Source: Auanema rhodensis
Lineage: Eukaryota > Animalia > Nematoda
Reading direction: 5' to 3'
DNA: 64,000 nucleotides
Assembly: GCA_964057225.1 (NCBI GenBank)
Contig: OZ059895.1
Location: 124,001 to 188,000 of the forward strand
Shown here: positions 36,904 through 50,900 of the stretch, piece by piece
Position numbering within the stretch: the stretch's first letter is position 1
Layout of the letters: each line of letters starts with the position of its first letter
Program-made: the position numbers and the translations under genes
Notes under the pieces: model-generated
What the model saw: the letters and a program-made list of their open reading frames with translations, nothing else
Told to the model about the DNA's origin: nothing
Database searches by the model: none

Positions 36904-39900
36904 TTTTGTCAAAATGTTTTTGGAAGCATTGTTGAGTGTACATGGAAACTCAACATACACTAATGCATCATTTTTCAAAGGATCATAACTAATTTTTGTA
37001 TTAAGCGTTTCTCAATGTAGTATAGTGCATTCGATGCGGATTTTTAAGCTGCGTCGATCTGTGTTATCAGATTTGCGCTAGCTTAAAAATGCACCGAGAT
37101 ATCAACTGATATAAGTTCACACTTATATCCTCGATTTTCACCCTGAAGGAATAATTTTTTCGTTGAATAACATTGTCCATCGTCTTTGCCTTGAAAAAAG
37201 GAATCTAAAAACATCTACTTTTTGCTAAATTATTTTGAAATTTTTCGAAAAAATTTTTGTCAAAATGTTTTTGGAAGCATTGTTGAGTGTACATTGAAAC
37301 TCAACATACACTAATGCATCATTTTTCAAAGGATCATAACTAATTTTTGTATTAAGCGTTTCTCAATGTAGTATAGTGCATTCGATGCGGATTTTTAAGC
37401 TGCGTCGATCTGTGTTATCAGATTTGCGCTAGCTTAAAAATGCACCGAGATATCAACTGATATAAGTTCACACTTATATCCTCGATTTTCACCCTGAAGG
37501 AATGATTTTTTCGTTGAATAACATTGTCCATCGTCTTTGCCTTGAAAAAAGGAATCTAAAAACATCTACTTTTTGCTAAATTATTTTGAAATTTTTCGAA
37601 AAAATTTTTGTCAAAATGTTTTTGGAAGCATTGTTGAGTGTACATGGAAACTCAACATACACTAATGCATCATTTTTCAAACGATCATAACTAATTTTTG
37701 TATTAAGCGTTTCTCAATGTAGTATAGTGCATTCGATGCGGATTTTTAAGCTGCGTCGATCTGTGTTATCAGATTTGCGCTAGCTTAAAAATGCACCGAG
37801 ATATCAACTGATATAAGTTCACACTTATATCCTCGATTTTCACCCTGAAGGAATAATTTTTTCGTTGAATAACATTGTCCATCGTCTTTGCCTTGAAAAA
37901 AGGAATCTAAAAACATCTACTTTTTGCTAAATTATTTTGAAATTTTTCGAAAAAATTTTTGTCAAAATGTTTTTGGAAGCAATGTTGAGTGTACATGGAA
38001 ACTCAACATACACTAATGCATCATTTTTCAAACGATCATAACTAATTTTTGTATTAAGCGTTTCTCAATGTAGTATAGTGCATTCGATGCGGATTTTTAA
38101 GCTGCGTCGATCTGTGTTATCAGATTTGCGCTAGCTTAAAAATGCACCGAGATATCAACTGATATAAGTTCACACTTATATCCTCGATTTTCACCCTGAA
38201 GGAATAATTTTTTCGTTGAATAACATTGTCCATCGTCTTTGCCTTGAAAAAAGGAATCTAAAAACATCTACTTTTTGCTAAATTATTTTGAAATTTTTCG
38301 AAAAAATTTTTGTCAAAATGTTTTTGGAAGCAATGTTGAGTGTACATGGAAACTCAACATACACTAATGCATCATTTTTCAAACGATCATAACTAATTTT
38401 TGTATCAAGCGTTTCTCAATGTAGTTTAGTGCATTCGATGCGGATTTTTAAGCTGCGTCGATCTGTGTTATCAGATTTGCGCTAGCTTAAAAATGCACCG
38501 AGATATCAACTGATATAAGTTCACACTTATATCCTCGATTTTCACCCTGAAGGAATAATTTTTTCGTTGAATAACATTGTCCATCGTCTTTGCCTTGAAA
38601 AATGGAATCTAAAAACATCTACTTTTTGCTAAATTATTTTGAAATTTTTCGAAAAAATTTTTGTCAAAATGTTTTTGGAAGCATTGTTGAGTGTACATGG
38701 AAACTCAACATACACTAATGCATCATTTTTCAAACGATCATAACTAATTTTTGTATTAAGCGTTTCTCAATGTAGTATAGTGCATTCGATGCCGATTTTT
38801 AAGCTGCGTCGATCTGTGTTATCAGATTTGCGCTAGCTTAAAAATGCACCGCGATATCAACTGATATAAGTTCACACTTATATCCTCGATTTTCACCCTG
38901 AAGGAATAATTTTTTCGTTGAATAACATTGTCCATCGTCTTTGCCTTGAAAAAAGGAATCTAAAAACATCTACTTTTTGCTAAATTATTTTGAAATTTTT
39001 CGAAAAAATTTTTGTCAAAATGTTTTTGGAAGCATTGTTGAGTGTACATGGAAACTCAACATACACTAATGCATCATTTTTCAAACGATCATAACTAATT
39101 TTTGTATTAAGCGTTTCTCAATGTAGTATAGTGCATTCGATGCGGATTTTTAAGCTGCGTCGATCTGTGTTATCAGATTTGCGCTAGCTTAAAAATGCAC
39201 CGAGATATCAACTGATATAAGTTCACACTTATATCCTCGATTTTCACCCTGAAGGAATAATTTTTTCGTTCAATAACATTGTCCATCGTCTTTGCCTTGA
39301 AAAAAGGAATCTAAAAACATCTACTTTTTGCTAAATTATTTTGAAATTTTTCGAAAAAATTTTTGTCAAAATGTTTTTGGAAGCAATGTTGAGTGTACAT
39401 GGAAACTCAACATACACTAATGCATCATTTTTCAAACGATCATAACTAATTTTTGTATTAAGCGTTTCTCAATGTAGTATAGTGCATTCGATGCGGATTT
39501 TTAAGCTGCGTCGATCTGTGTTATCAGATTTGCGCTAGCTTAAAAATGCACCGAGATATCAACTGATATAAGTTCACACTTATATCCTCGATTTTCACCC
39601 TGAAGGAATAATTTTTTCGTTGAATAACATTGTCCATCGTCTTCGCCTTGAAAAAAGGAATCTAAAAACATCTACTTTTTGCTAAATTATTTTGAAATTT
39701 TTCGAAAAAATTTTTGTCAAAATGTTTTTGGAAGCAATGTTGAGTGTACATGGAAACTCAACATACACTAATGCATCATTTTTCAAACGATCATAACTAA
39801 TTTTTGTATCAAGCGTTTCTCAATGTAGTTTAGTGCATTCGATGCGGATTTTTAAGCTGCGTCGATCTGTGTTATCAGATTTGCGCTAGCTTAAAAATGC

Positions 39901-42529
39901 ACCGAGATATCAACTGATATAAGTTCACACTTATATCCTCGATTTTCACCCTGAAGGAATAATTTTTTCGTTGAATAACATTGTCCATCGTCTTTGCCTT
40001 GAAAAATGGAATCTAAAAACATCTACTTTTTGCTAAATTATTTTGAAATTTTTCGAAAAAATTTTTGTCAAAATGTTTTTGGAAGCATTGTTGAGTGTAC
40101 ATGGAAACTCAACATACACTAATGCATCATTTTTCAAACGATCATAACTAATTTTTGTATTAAGCGTTTCTCAATGTAGTATAGTGCATTCGATGCGGAT
40201 TTTTAAGCTGCGTCGATCTGTGTTATCAGATTTGCGCTAGCTTAAAAATGCACCGAGATATCAACTGATATAAGTTCACACTTATATCCTCGATTTTCAC
40301 CCTGAAGGAATAATTTTTTCGTTGAATAACATTGTCCATCGTCTTTGCCTTGAAAAAAGGAATCTAAAAACATCTACTTTTTGCTAAATTATTTTGAAAT
40401 TTTTCGAAAAAATTTTTGTCAAAATGTTTTTGGAAGCATTGTTGAGTGTACATGGAAACTCAACATACACTAATGCATCATTTTTCAAACGATCATAACT
40501 AATTTTTGTATTAAGCGTTTCTCAATGTAGTATAGTGCATTCGATGCGGATTTTTAAGCTGCGTCGATCTGTGTTATCAGATTTGCGCTAGCTTAAAAAT
40601 GCACCGCGATATCAACTGATATAAGTTCACACTTATATCCTCGATTTTCACCCTGAAGGAATAATTTTTTCGTTGAATAACATTGTCCATCGTCTTTGCC
40701 TTGAAAAAAGGAATCTAAAAACATCTACTTTTTGCTAAATTATTTTGAAATTTTTCGAAAAAATTTTTGTCAAAATGTTTTTGGAAGCAATGTTGAGTGT
40801 ACATGGAAACTCAACATACACTAATGCATCATTTTTCAAACGATCATAACTAATTTTTGTATTAAGCGTTTCTCAATGTAGTATAGTGCATTCGATGCGG
40901 ATTTGTAAGCTGCGTCGATCTGTGTTATCAGATTTGCGCTAGCTTAAAAATGCACCGAGATATCAACTGATATAAGTTCACACTTATATCCTCGATTTTC
41001 ACCCTGAAGGAATAATTTTTTCGTTGAATAACATTGTCCATCGTCTTTGCCTTGAAAAAAGGAATCTAAAAACATCTACTTTTTGCTAAATTATTTTGAA
41101 ATTTTTCGAAAAAATTTTTGTCAAAATGTTTTTGGAAGCAATGTTGAGTGTACATGGAAACTCAACATACACTAATGCATCATTTTTCAAACGATCATAA
41201 CTAATTTTTGTATCAAGCGTTTCTCAATGTAGTTTAGTGCATTCGATGCGGATTTTTAAGCTGCGTCGATCTGTGTTATCAGATTTGCGCTAGCTTAAAA
41301 ATGCACCGAGATATCAACTGATATAAGTTCACACTTATATCCTCGATTTTCACCCTGAAGGAATAATTTTTTCGTTGAATAACATTGTCCATCGTCTTTG
41401 CCTTGAAAAATGGAATCTAAAAACATCTACTTTTTGCTAAATTATTTTGAAATTTTTCGAAAAAATTTTTGTCAAAATGTTTTTGGAAGCATTGTTGAGT
41501 GTACATGGAAACTCAACATACACTAATGCATCATTTTTCAAACGATCATAACTAATTTTTGTATTAAGCGTTTCTCAATGTAGTATAGTGCATTCGATGC
41601 GGATTTTTAAGCTGCGTCGATCTGTGTTATCAGATTTGCGCTAGCTTAAAAATGCACCGAGATATCAACTGATATAAGTTCACACTTATATCCTCGATTT
41701 TCACCCTGAAGGAATAATTTTTTCGTTGAATAACATTGTCCATCGTCTTTGCCTTGAAAAAAGGAATCTAAAAACATCTACTTTTTGCTAAATTATTTTG
41801 AAATTTTTCGAAAAAATTTTTGTCAAAATGTTTTTGGAAGCATTGTTGAGTGTACATGGAAACTCAACATACACTAATGCATCATTTTTCAAACGATCAT
41901 AACTAATTTTTGTATTAAGCGTTTCTCAATGTAGTATAGTGCATTCGATGCGGATTTTTAAGCTGCGTCGATCTGTGTTATCAGATTTGCGCTAGCTTAA
42001 AAATGCACCGCGATATCAACTGATATAAGTTCACACTTATATCCTCGATTTTCACCCTGAAGGAATAATTTTTTCGTTGAATAACATTGTCCATCGTCTT
42101 TGCCTTGAAAAAAGGAATCTAAAAACATCTACTTTTTGCTAAATTATTTTGAAATTTTTCGAAAAAATTTTTGTCAAAATGTTTTTGGAAGCATTGTTGA
42201 GTGTACATGGAAACTCAACATACACTAATGCATCATTTTTCAAACGATCATAACTAATTTTTGTATTAAGCGTTTCTCAATGTAGTATAGTGCATTCGAT
42301 GCGGATTTTTAAGCTGCGTCGATCTGTGTTATCAGATTTGCGCTAGCTTAAAAATGCACCGCGATATCAACTGATATAAGTTCACACTTATATCCTCGAT
42401 TTTCACCCTGAAGGAATAATTTTTTCGTTGAATAACATTGTCCATCGTCTTTGCCTTGAAAAAAGGAATCTAAAAACATCTACTTTTTGCTAAATTATTT
42501 TGAAATTTTTCGAAAAAATTTTTGTCAAA

Positions 42530-45500
42530 ATGTTTTTGGAAGCATTGTTGAGTGTACATGGAAACTCAACATACACTAATGCATCATTTTTCAAACGATC
42601 ATAACTAATTTTTGTATTAAGCGTTTCTCAATGTAGTATAGTGCATTCGATGCGGATTTTTAAGCTGCGTCGATCTGTGTTATCAGATTTGCGCTAGCTT
42701 AAAAATGCACCGAGATATCAACTGATATAAGTTCACACTTATATCCTCGATTTTCACCCTGAAGGAATAATTTTTTCGTTGAATAACATTGTCCATCGTC
42801 TTTGCCTTGAAAAAAGAAATCTAAAAACATCTACTTTTTGCTAAATTATTTTGAAATTTTTCGAAAAAATTTTTGTCAAAATGTTTTTGGAAGCATTGTT
42901 GAGTGTACATGGAAACTCAACATACACTAATGCATCATTTTTCAAACGATCATAACTAATTTTTGTATTAAGCGTTTCTCAATGTAGTATAGTGCATTCG
43001 ATGCGGATTTTTAAGCTGCGTCGATCTGTGTTATCAGATTTGCGCTAGCTTAAAAATGCACCGCGATATCAACTGATATAAGTTCACACTTATATCCTCG
43101 ATTTTCACCCTGAAGGAATAATTTTTTCGTTGAATAACATTGTCCATCGTCTTTGCCTTGAAAAAAGGAATCTAAAAACATCTACTTTTTGCTAAATTAT
43201 TTTGAAATTTTTCGAAAAAATTTTTGTCAAAATGTTTTTGGAAGCATTGTTGAGTGTACATGGAAACTCAACATACACTAATGCATCATTTTTCAAACGA
43301 TCATAACTAATTTTTGTATTAAGCGTTTCTCAATGTAGTATAGTGCATTCGATGCGGATTTTTAAGCTGCGTCGATCTGTGTTATCAGATTTGCGCTAGC
43401 TTAAAAATGCACCGAGATATCAACTGATATAAGTTCACACTTATATCCTCGATTTTCACCCTGAAGGAATAATTTTTTCGTTGAATAACATTGTCCATCG
43501 TCTTTGCCTTGAAAAAAGGAATCTAAAAACATCTACTTTTTGCTAAATTATTTTGAAATTTTTCGAAAAAATTTCTGTCAAAATGTTTTTGGAAGCAATG
43601 TTGAGTGTACATGGAAACTCAACATACACTAATGCATCATTTTTCAAACGATCATAACTAATTTTTGTATTAAGCGTTTCTCAATGTAGTATAGTGCATT
43701 CGATGCGGATTTTTAAGCTGCGTCGATCTGTGTTATCAGATTTGCGCTAGCTTAAAAATGCACCGAGATATCAACTGATATAAGTTCACACTTATATCCT
43801 CGATTTTCACCCTGAAGGAATAATTTTTTCGTTGAATAACATTGTCCATCGTCTTTGCCTTGAAAAAAGGAATCTAAAAACATCTACTTTTTGCTAAATT
43901 ATTTTGAAATTTTTCGAAAAAATTTTTGTCAAAATGTTTTTGGAAGCAATGTTGAGTGTACATGGAAACTCAACATACACTAATGCATCATTTTTCAAAC
44001 GATCATAACTAATTTTTGTATCAAGCGTTTCTCAATGTAGTTTAGTGCATTCGATGCGGATTTTTAAGCTGCGTCGATCTGTGTTATCAGATTTGCGCTA
44101 GCTTAAAAATGCACCGAGATATCAACTGATATAAGTTCACACTTATATCCTCGATTTTCACCCTGAAGGAATAATTTTTTCGTTGAATAACATTGTCCAT
44201 CTTCTTTGCCTTGAAAAATGGAATCTAAAAACATCTACTTTTTGCTAAATTATTTTGAAATTTTTCGAAAAAATTTTTGTCAAAATGTTTTTGGAAGCAT
44301 TGTTGAGTGTACATGGAAACTCAACATACACTAATGCATCATTTTTCAAACGATCATAACTAATTTTTGTATTAAGCGTTTCTCAATGTAGTATAGTGCA
44401 TTCGATGCGGATTTTTAAGCTGCGTCGATCTGTGTTATCAGATTTGCGCTAGCTTAAAAATGCACCGAGATATCAACTGATATAAGTTCACACTTATATC
44501 CTCGATTTTCACCCTGAAGGAATAATTTTTTCGTTGAATAACATTGTCCATCGTCTTTGCCTTGAAAAAAGGAATCTAAAAACATCTACTTTTTGCTAAA
44601 TTATTTTGAAATTTTTCGAAAAAATTTTTGTCAAAATGTTTTTGGAAGCATTGTTGAGTGTACATGGAAACTCAACATACACTAATGCATCATTTTTCAA
44701 ACGATTATAACTAATTTTTGTATTAAGCGTTTTTCAATGTAGTATAGTGCATTCGATGCGGATTTTTAAGCTGCGTCGATCTGTGTTATCAGATTTGCGC
44801 TAGCTTAAAAATGCACCGAGATATCAACTGATATAAGTTCACACTTATATCCTCGATTTTCACCCTGAAGAATTAATTTTTTCGTTGAATAACATTGTCC
44901 ATCGTCTTTGCCATGAAAAAAGGAATCTAAAAACATCTACTTTTTGCTAAATTATTTTGAAATTTTTCGAAAAAATTTTTGTCAAAATGTTTTTGGAAGC
45001 ATTGTTGAGTGTACATGGAAACTCAACATACACTAATGCATCATTTTTCAAACGATCATAACTAATTTTTGTATTAAGCGTTTCTCAATGTAGTATAGTG
45101 CATTCGATGCGGATTTTTAAGCTGCGTCGATCTGTGTTATCAGATTTGCGCTAGCTTAAAAATGCACCGCGATATCAACTGATATAAGTTCACACTTATA
45201 TCCTCGATTTTCACCCTGAAGGAATAATTTTTTCGTTGAATAACATTGTCCATTGTCTTTGCCTTGAAAAATGGAATTCAAAAACATCTACTTTTTGCTA
45301 AATTATTTTGAAATTTTTCGAAAAAATTTTTGTCAAAATGTTTTTGGAAGCATTGTTGAGTGTACATGGAAACTCAACATACACTAATGCATCATTTTTC
45401 AAACGATCATAACTAATTTTTGTATTAAGCGTTTCTCAATGAAGTATAGTGCATTCGATGCGGATTTTTAAGCTGCGTCGATCTGTGTTATCAGATTTGC

Positions 45501-48500
45501 GCTAGCTTAAAAATGCACCGCGATATCAACTGATATAAGTTCACACTTATATCCTCGATTTTCACCCTGAAGGAATAATTTTTTCGTTGAATAACATTGT
45601 CCATCGTCTTTGCCTTGAAAAATGGAATTCAAAAACATCTACTTTTTGCTAAATTATTTTGAAATTTTTCGAAAAAATTTTTGTCAAAATGTTTTTGGAA
45701 GCATTGTTGAGTGTACATGGAAACTCAACATACACTAATGCATCATTTTTCAAACGATCATAACTAATTTTTGTATTAAGCGTTTCTCAATGTAGTATAG
45801 TGCATTCGATGCGGATTTTTAAGCTGCGTCGATCTGTGTTATCAGATTTGCGCTAGCTTAAAAATGCACCGAGATATCAACTGATATAAGTTCACACTTA
45901 TATCCTCGATTTTCACCCTGAAGGAATAATTTTTTCGTTGAATAACATTGTCCATCGTCTTTGCCTTGAAAAATGGAATCTAAAAACATCTACTTTTTGC
46001 TAAATTATTTTGAAATTTTTCGAAAAAATTTTTGTCAAAATGTTTTTGGAAGCATTGTTGAGTGTACATGGAAACTCAACATACACTAATGCATCATTTT
46101 TCAAACGATCATAACTAATTTTTGTATTAAGCGTTTCTCAATGTAGTATAGTGCATTCGATGCGGATTTTTAAGCTGCGTCGATCTGTGTTATCAGATTT
46201 GCGCTAGCTTAAAAATGCACCGAGATATCAACTGATATAAGTTCACACTTATATCCTCGATTTTCACCCTGAAGGAATAATTTTTTCGTTGAATAACATT
46301 GTCCATCGTCTTTGCCTTGAAAAAAGGAATCTAAAAACATCTACTTTTTGCTAAATTATTTTGAAATTTTTCGAAAAAATTTTTGTCAAAATGTTTTTGG
46401 AAGCATTGTTGAGTGTACATGGAAACTCAACATACACTAATGCATCATTTTTCAAACGATCATAACTAATTTTTGTATTAAGCGTTTCTCAATGTAGTAT
46501 AGTGCATTCGATGCGGATTTTTAAGCTGCGTCGATCTGTGTTATCAGATTTGCGCTAGCTTAAAAATGCACCGCGATATCAACTGATATAAGTTCACACT
46601 TATATCCTCGATTTTCACCCTGAAGGAATAATTTTTTCGTTGAATAACATTGTCCATCGTCTTTGCCTTGACAAAAGGAATCTAAAAACATCTACTTTTT
46701 GCTAAATTATTTTGAAATTTTTCGAAAAAATTTTTGTCAAAATGTTTTTGGAAGCAATGTTGAGTGTACATGGAAACTCAACATACACTAATGCATCATT
46801 TTTCAAACGATCATAACTAATTTTTGTATTAAGCGTTTCTCAATGTAGTATAGTGCATTCGATGCGGATTTGTAAGCTGCGTCGATCTGTGTTATCAGAT
46901 TTGCGCTACCTTAAAAATGCACCGAGATATCAACTGATATAAGTTCACACTTATATCCTCGATTTTCACCCTGAAGGAATAATTTTTTCGTTGAATAACA
47001 TTGTCCATCGTCTTTGCCTTGAAAAAAGGAATCTAAAAACATCTACTTTTTGCTAAATTATTTTGAAATTTTTCGAAAAAATTTTTGTCAAAATGTTTTT
47101 GGAAGCAATGTTGAGTGTACATGGAAACTCAACATACACTAATGCATCATTTTTCAAACGATCATAACTAATTTTTGTATCAAGCGTTTCTCAATGTAGT
47201 TTAGTGCATTCGATGCGGATTTTTAAGCTGCGTCGATCTGTGTTATCAGATTTGCGCTAGCTTAAAAATGCACCGAGATATCAACTGATATAAGTTCACA
47301 CTTATATCCTCGATTTTCACCCTGAAGGAATAATTTTTTCGTTGAATAACATTGTCCATCGTCTTTGCCTTGAAAAATGGAATCTAAAAACATCTACTTT
47401 TTGCTAAATTATTTTGAAATTTTTCGAAAAAATTTTTGTCAAAATGTTTTTGGAAGCATTGTTGAGTGTACATGGAAACTCAACATACACTAATGCATCA
47501 TTTTTCAAACGATCATAACTAATTTTTGTATTAAGCGTTTCTCAATGTAGTATAGTGCATTCGATGCGGATTTTTAAGCTGCGTCGATCTGTGTTATCAG
47601 ATTTGCGCTAGCTTAAAAATGCACCGAGATATCAACTGATATAAGTTCACACTTATATCCTCGATTTTCACCCTGAAGGAATAATTTTTTCGTTGAATAA
47701 CATTGTCCATCGTCTTTGCCTTGAAAAAAGAAATCTAAAAACATCTACTTTTTGCTAAATTATTTTGAAATTTTTCGAAAAAATTTTTGTCAAAATGTTT
47801 TTGGAAGCATTGTTGAGTGTACATGGAAACTCAACATACACTAATGCATCATTTTTCAAACGATCATAACTAATTTTTGTATTAAGCGTTTCTCAATGTA
47901 GTATAGTGCATTCGATGCGGATTTTTAAGCTGCGTCGATCTGTGTTATCAGATTTGCGCTAGCTTAAAAATGCACCGCGATATCAACTGATATAAGTTCA
48001 CACTTATATCCTCGATTTTCACCCTGAAGGAATAATTTTTTCGTTGAATAACATTGTCCATCGTCTTTGCCTTGAAAAAAGGAATCTAAAAACATCTACT
48101 TTTTGCTAAATTATTTTGAAATTTTTCGAAAAAATTTTTGTCAAAATGTTTTTGGAAGCATTGTTGAGTGTACATGGAAACTCAACATACACTAATGCAT
48201 CATTTTTCAAACGATCATAACTAATTTTTGTATTAAGCGTTTCTCAATGTAGTATAGTGCATTCGATGCGGATTTTTAAGCTGCGTCGATCTGTGTTATC
48301 AGATTTGCGCTAGCTTAAAAATGCACCGAGATATCAACTGATATAAGTTCACACTTATATCCTCGATTTTCACCCTGAAGGAATAATTTTTTCGTTGAAT
48401 AACATTGTCCATCGTCTTTGCCTTGAAAAAAGGAATCTAAAAACATCTACTTTTTGCTAAATTATTTTGAAATTTTTCGAAAAAATTTTTGTCAAAATGT

Positions 48501-50900
48501 TTTTGGAAGCAATGTTGAGTGTACATGGAAACTCAACATACACTAATGCATCATTTTTCAAACGATCATAACTAATTTTTGTATTAAGCGTTTCTCAATG
48601 TAGTATAGTGCATTCGATGCGGATTTTTAAGCTGCGTCGATCTGTGTTATCAGATTTGCGCTAGCTTAAAAATGCACCGAGATATCAACTGATATAAGTT
48701 CACACTTATATCCTCGATTTTCACCCTGAAGGAATAATTTTTTCGTTGAATAACATTGTCCATCGTCTTTGCCTTGAAAAAAGGAATCTAAAAACATCTA
48801 CTTTTTGCTAAATTATTTTGAAATTTTTCGAAAAAATTTTTGTCAAAATGTTTTTGGAAGCAATGTTGAGTGTACATGGAAACTCAACATACACTAATGC
48901 ATCATTTTTCAAACGATCATAACTAATTTTTGTATGAAGCGTTTCTCAATGTAGTTTAGTACATTCGATGCGGATTTTTAAGCTGCGTCGATCTGTGTTA
49001 TCAGATTTGCGCTAGCTTAAAAATGCACCGAGATATCAACTGATATAAGTTCACACTTATATCCTCGATTTTCACCCTGAAGGAATAATTTTTTCGTTGA
49101 ATAACATTGTCCATCGTCTTTGCCTTGAAAAATGGAATCTAAAAACATCTACTTTTTGCTAAATTATATTGAAATTTTTCGAAAAAATTTTTGTCAAAAT
49201 GTTTTTGGAAGCATTGTTGAGTGTACATGGAAACTCAACATACACTAATGCATCATTTTTCAAACGATCATAACTAATTTTTGTATTAAGCGTTTCTCAA
49301 TGTAGTATAGTGCATTCGATGCGGATTTTTAAGCTGCGTCGATCTGTGTTATCAGATTTGCGCTAGCTTAAAAATGCACCGAGATATCAACTGATATAAG
49401 TTCACACTTATATCCTCGATTTTCACCCTGAAGGAATAATTTTTTCGTTGAATAACATTGTCCATCGTCTTTGCCTTGAAAAAAGGAATCTAAAAACATC
49501 TACTTTTTGCTAAATTATTTTGAAATTTTTCGAAAAAATTTTTGTCAAAATGTTTTTGGAAGCATTGTTGAGTGTACATGGAAACTCAACATACACTAAT
49601 GCATCATTTTTCAAACGATTATAACTAATTTTTGTATTAAGCGTTTTTCAATGTAGTATAGTGCATTCGATGCGGATTTTTAAGCTGCGTCGATCTGTGT
49701 TATCAGATTTGCGCTAGCTTAAAAATGCACCGAGATATCAACTGATATAAGTTCACACTTATATCCTCGATTTTCACCCTGAAGAATTAATTTTTTCGTT
49801 GAATAACATTGTCCATCGTCTTTGCCATGAAAAAAGGAATCTAAAAACATCTACTTTTTGCTAAATTATTTTGAAATTTTTCGAAAAAATTTTTGTCAAA
49901 ATGTTTTTGGAAGCATTGTTGAGTGTACATGGAAACTCAACATACACTAATGCATCATTTTTCAAACGATCATAACTAATTTTTGTATTAAGCGTTTCTC
50001 AATGTAGTATAGTGCATTCGATGCGGATTTTTAAGCTGCGTCGATCTGTGTTATCAGATTTGCGCTAGCTTAAAAATGCACCGCGATATCAACTGATATA
50101 AGTTCACACTTATATCCTCGATTTTCACCCTGAAGGAATAATTTTTTCGTTGAATAACATTGTCCATCGTCTTTGCCTTGAAAAATGGAATTCAAAAACA
50201 TCTACTTTTTGCTAAATTATTTTGAAATTTTTCGAAAAAATTTTTGTCAAAATGTTTTTGGAAGCATTGTTGAGTGTACATGGAAACTCAACATACACTA
50301 ATGCATCATTTTTCAAGGGATCATAACTAATTTTTGTATTAAGCGTTTCTCAATGAAGTATAGTGCATTCGATGCGGATTTTTAAGCTGCGTCGATCTGT
50401 GTTATCAGATTTGCGCTAGCTTAAAAATGCACCGCGATATCAACTGATATAAGTTCACACTTATATCCTCGATTTTCACCCTGAAGGAATAATTTTTTCG
50501 TTGAATAACATTGTCCATCGTCTTTGCCTTGAAAAAGGGAATTCAAAAACATCTACTTTTTGCTAAATTATTTTGAAATTTTTCGAAAAAATTTTTGTCA
50601 AAATGTTTTTGGAAGCATTGTTGAGTGTACATGGAAACTCAACATACACTAATGCATCATTTTTCAAACGATCATAACTAATTTTTGTATTAAGCGTTTC
50701 TCAATGTAGTATAGTGCATTCGATGCGGATTTTTAAGCTGCGTCGATCTGTGTTATCAGATTTGCGCTAGCTTAAAAATGCACCGAGATATCAACTGATA
50801 TAAGTTCACACTTATATCCTCGATTTTCACCCTGAAGGAATAATTTTTTCGTTGAATAACATTGTCCATCGTCTTTGCCTTGAAAAAAGGAATCTAAAAA
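42530..50900 (-). repeat. 14-monomer-offset duplication (4914 bp) in reverse SatB; partial, boundaries approximate
   Basis: AAAGAAATC ~42817/47731, GTAGTTTAGT monomer ~44040/48955, GATTATA plus TTTTCAATG ~44706/49620, and ATGAAGTAT ~45442/50356 are all offset by 4914 = 14x351. Confidence 0.8.
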
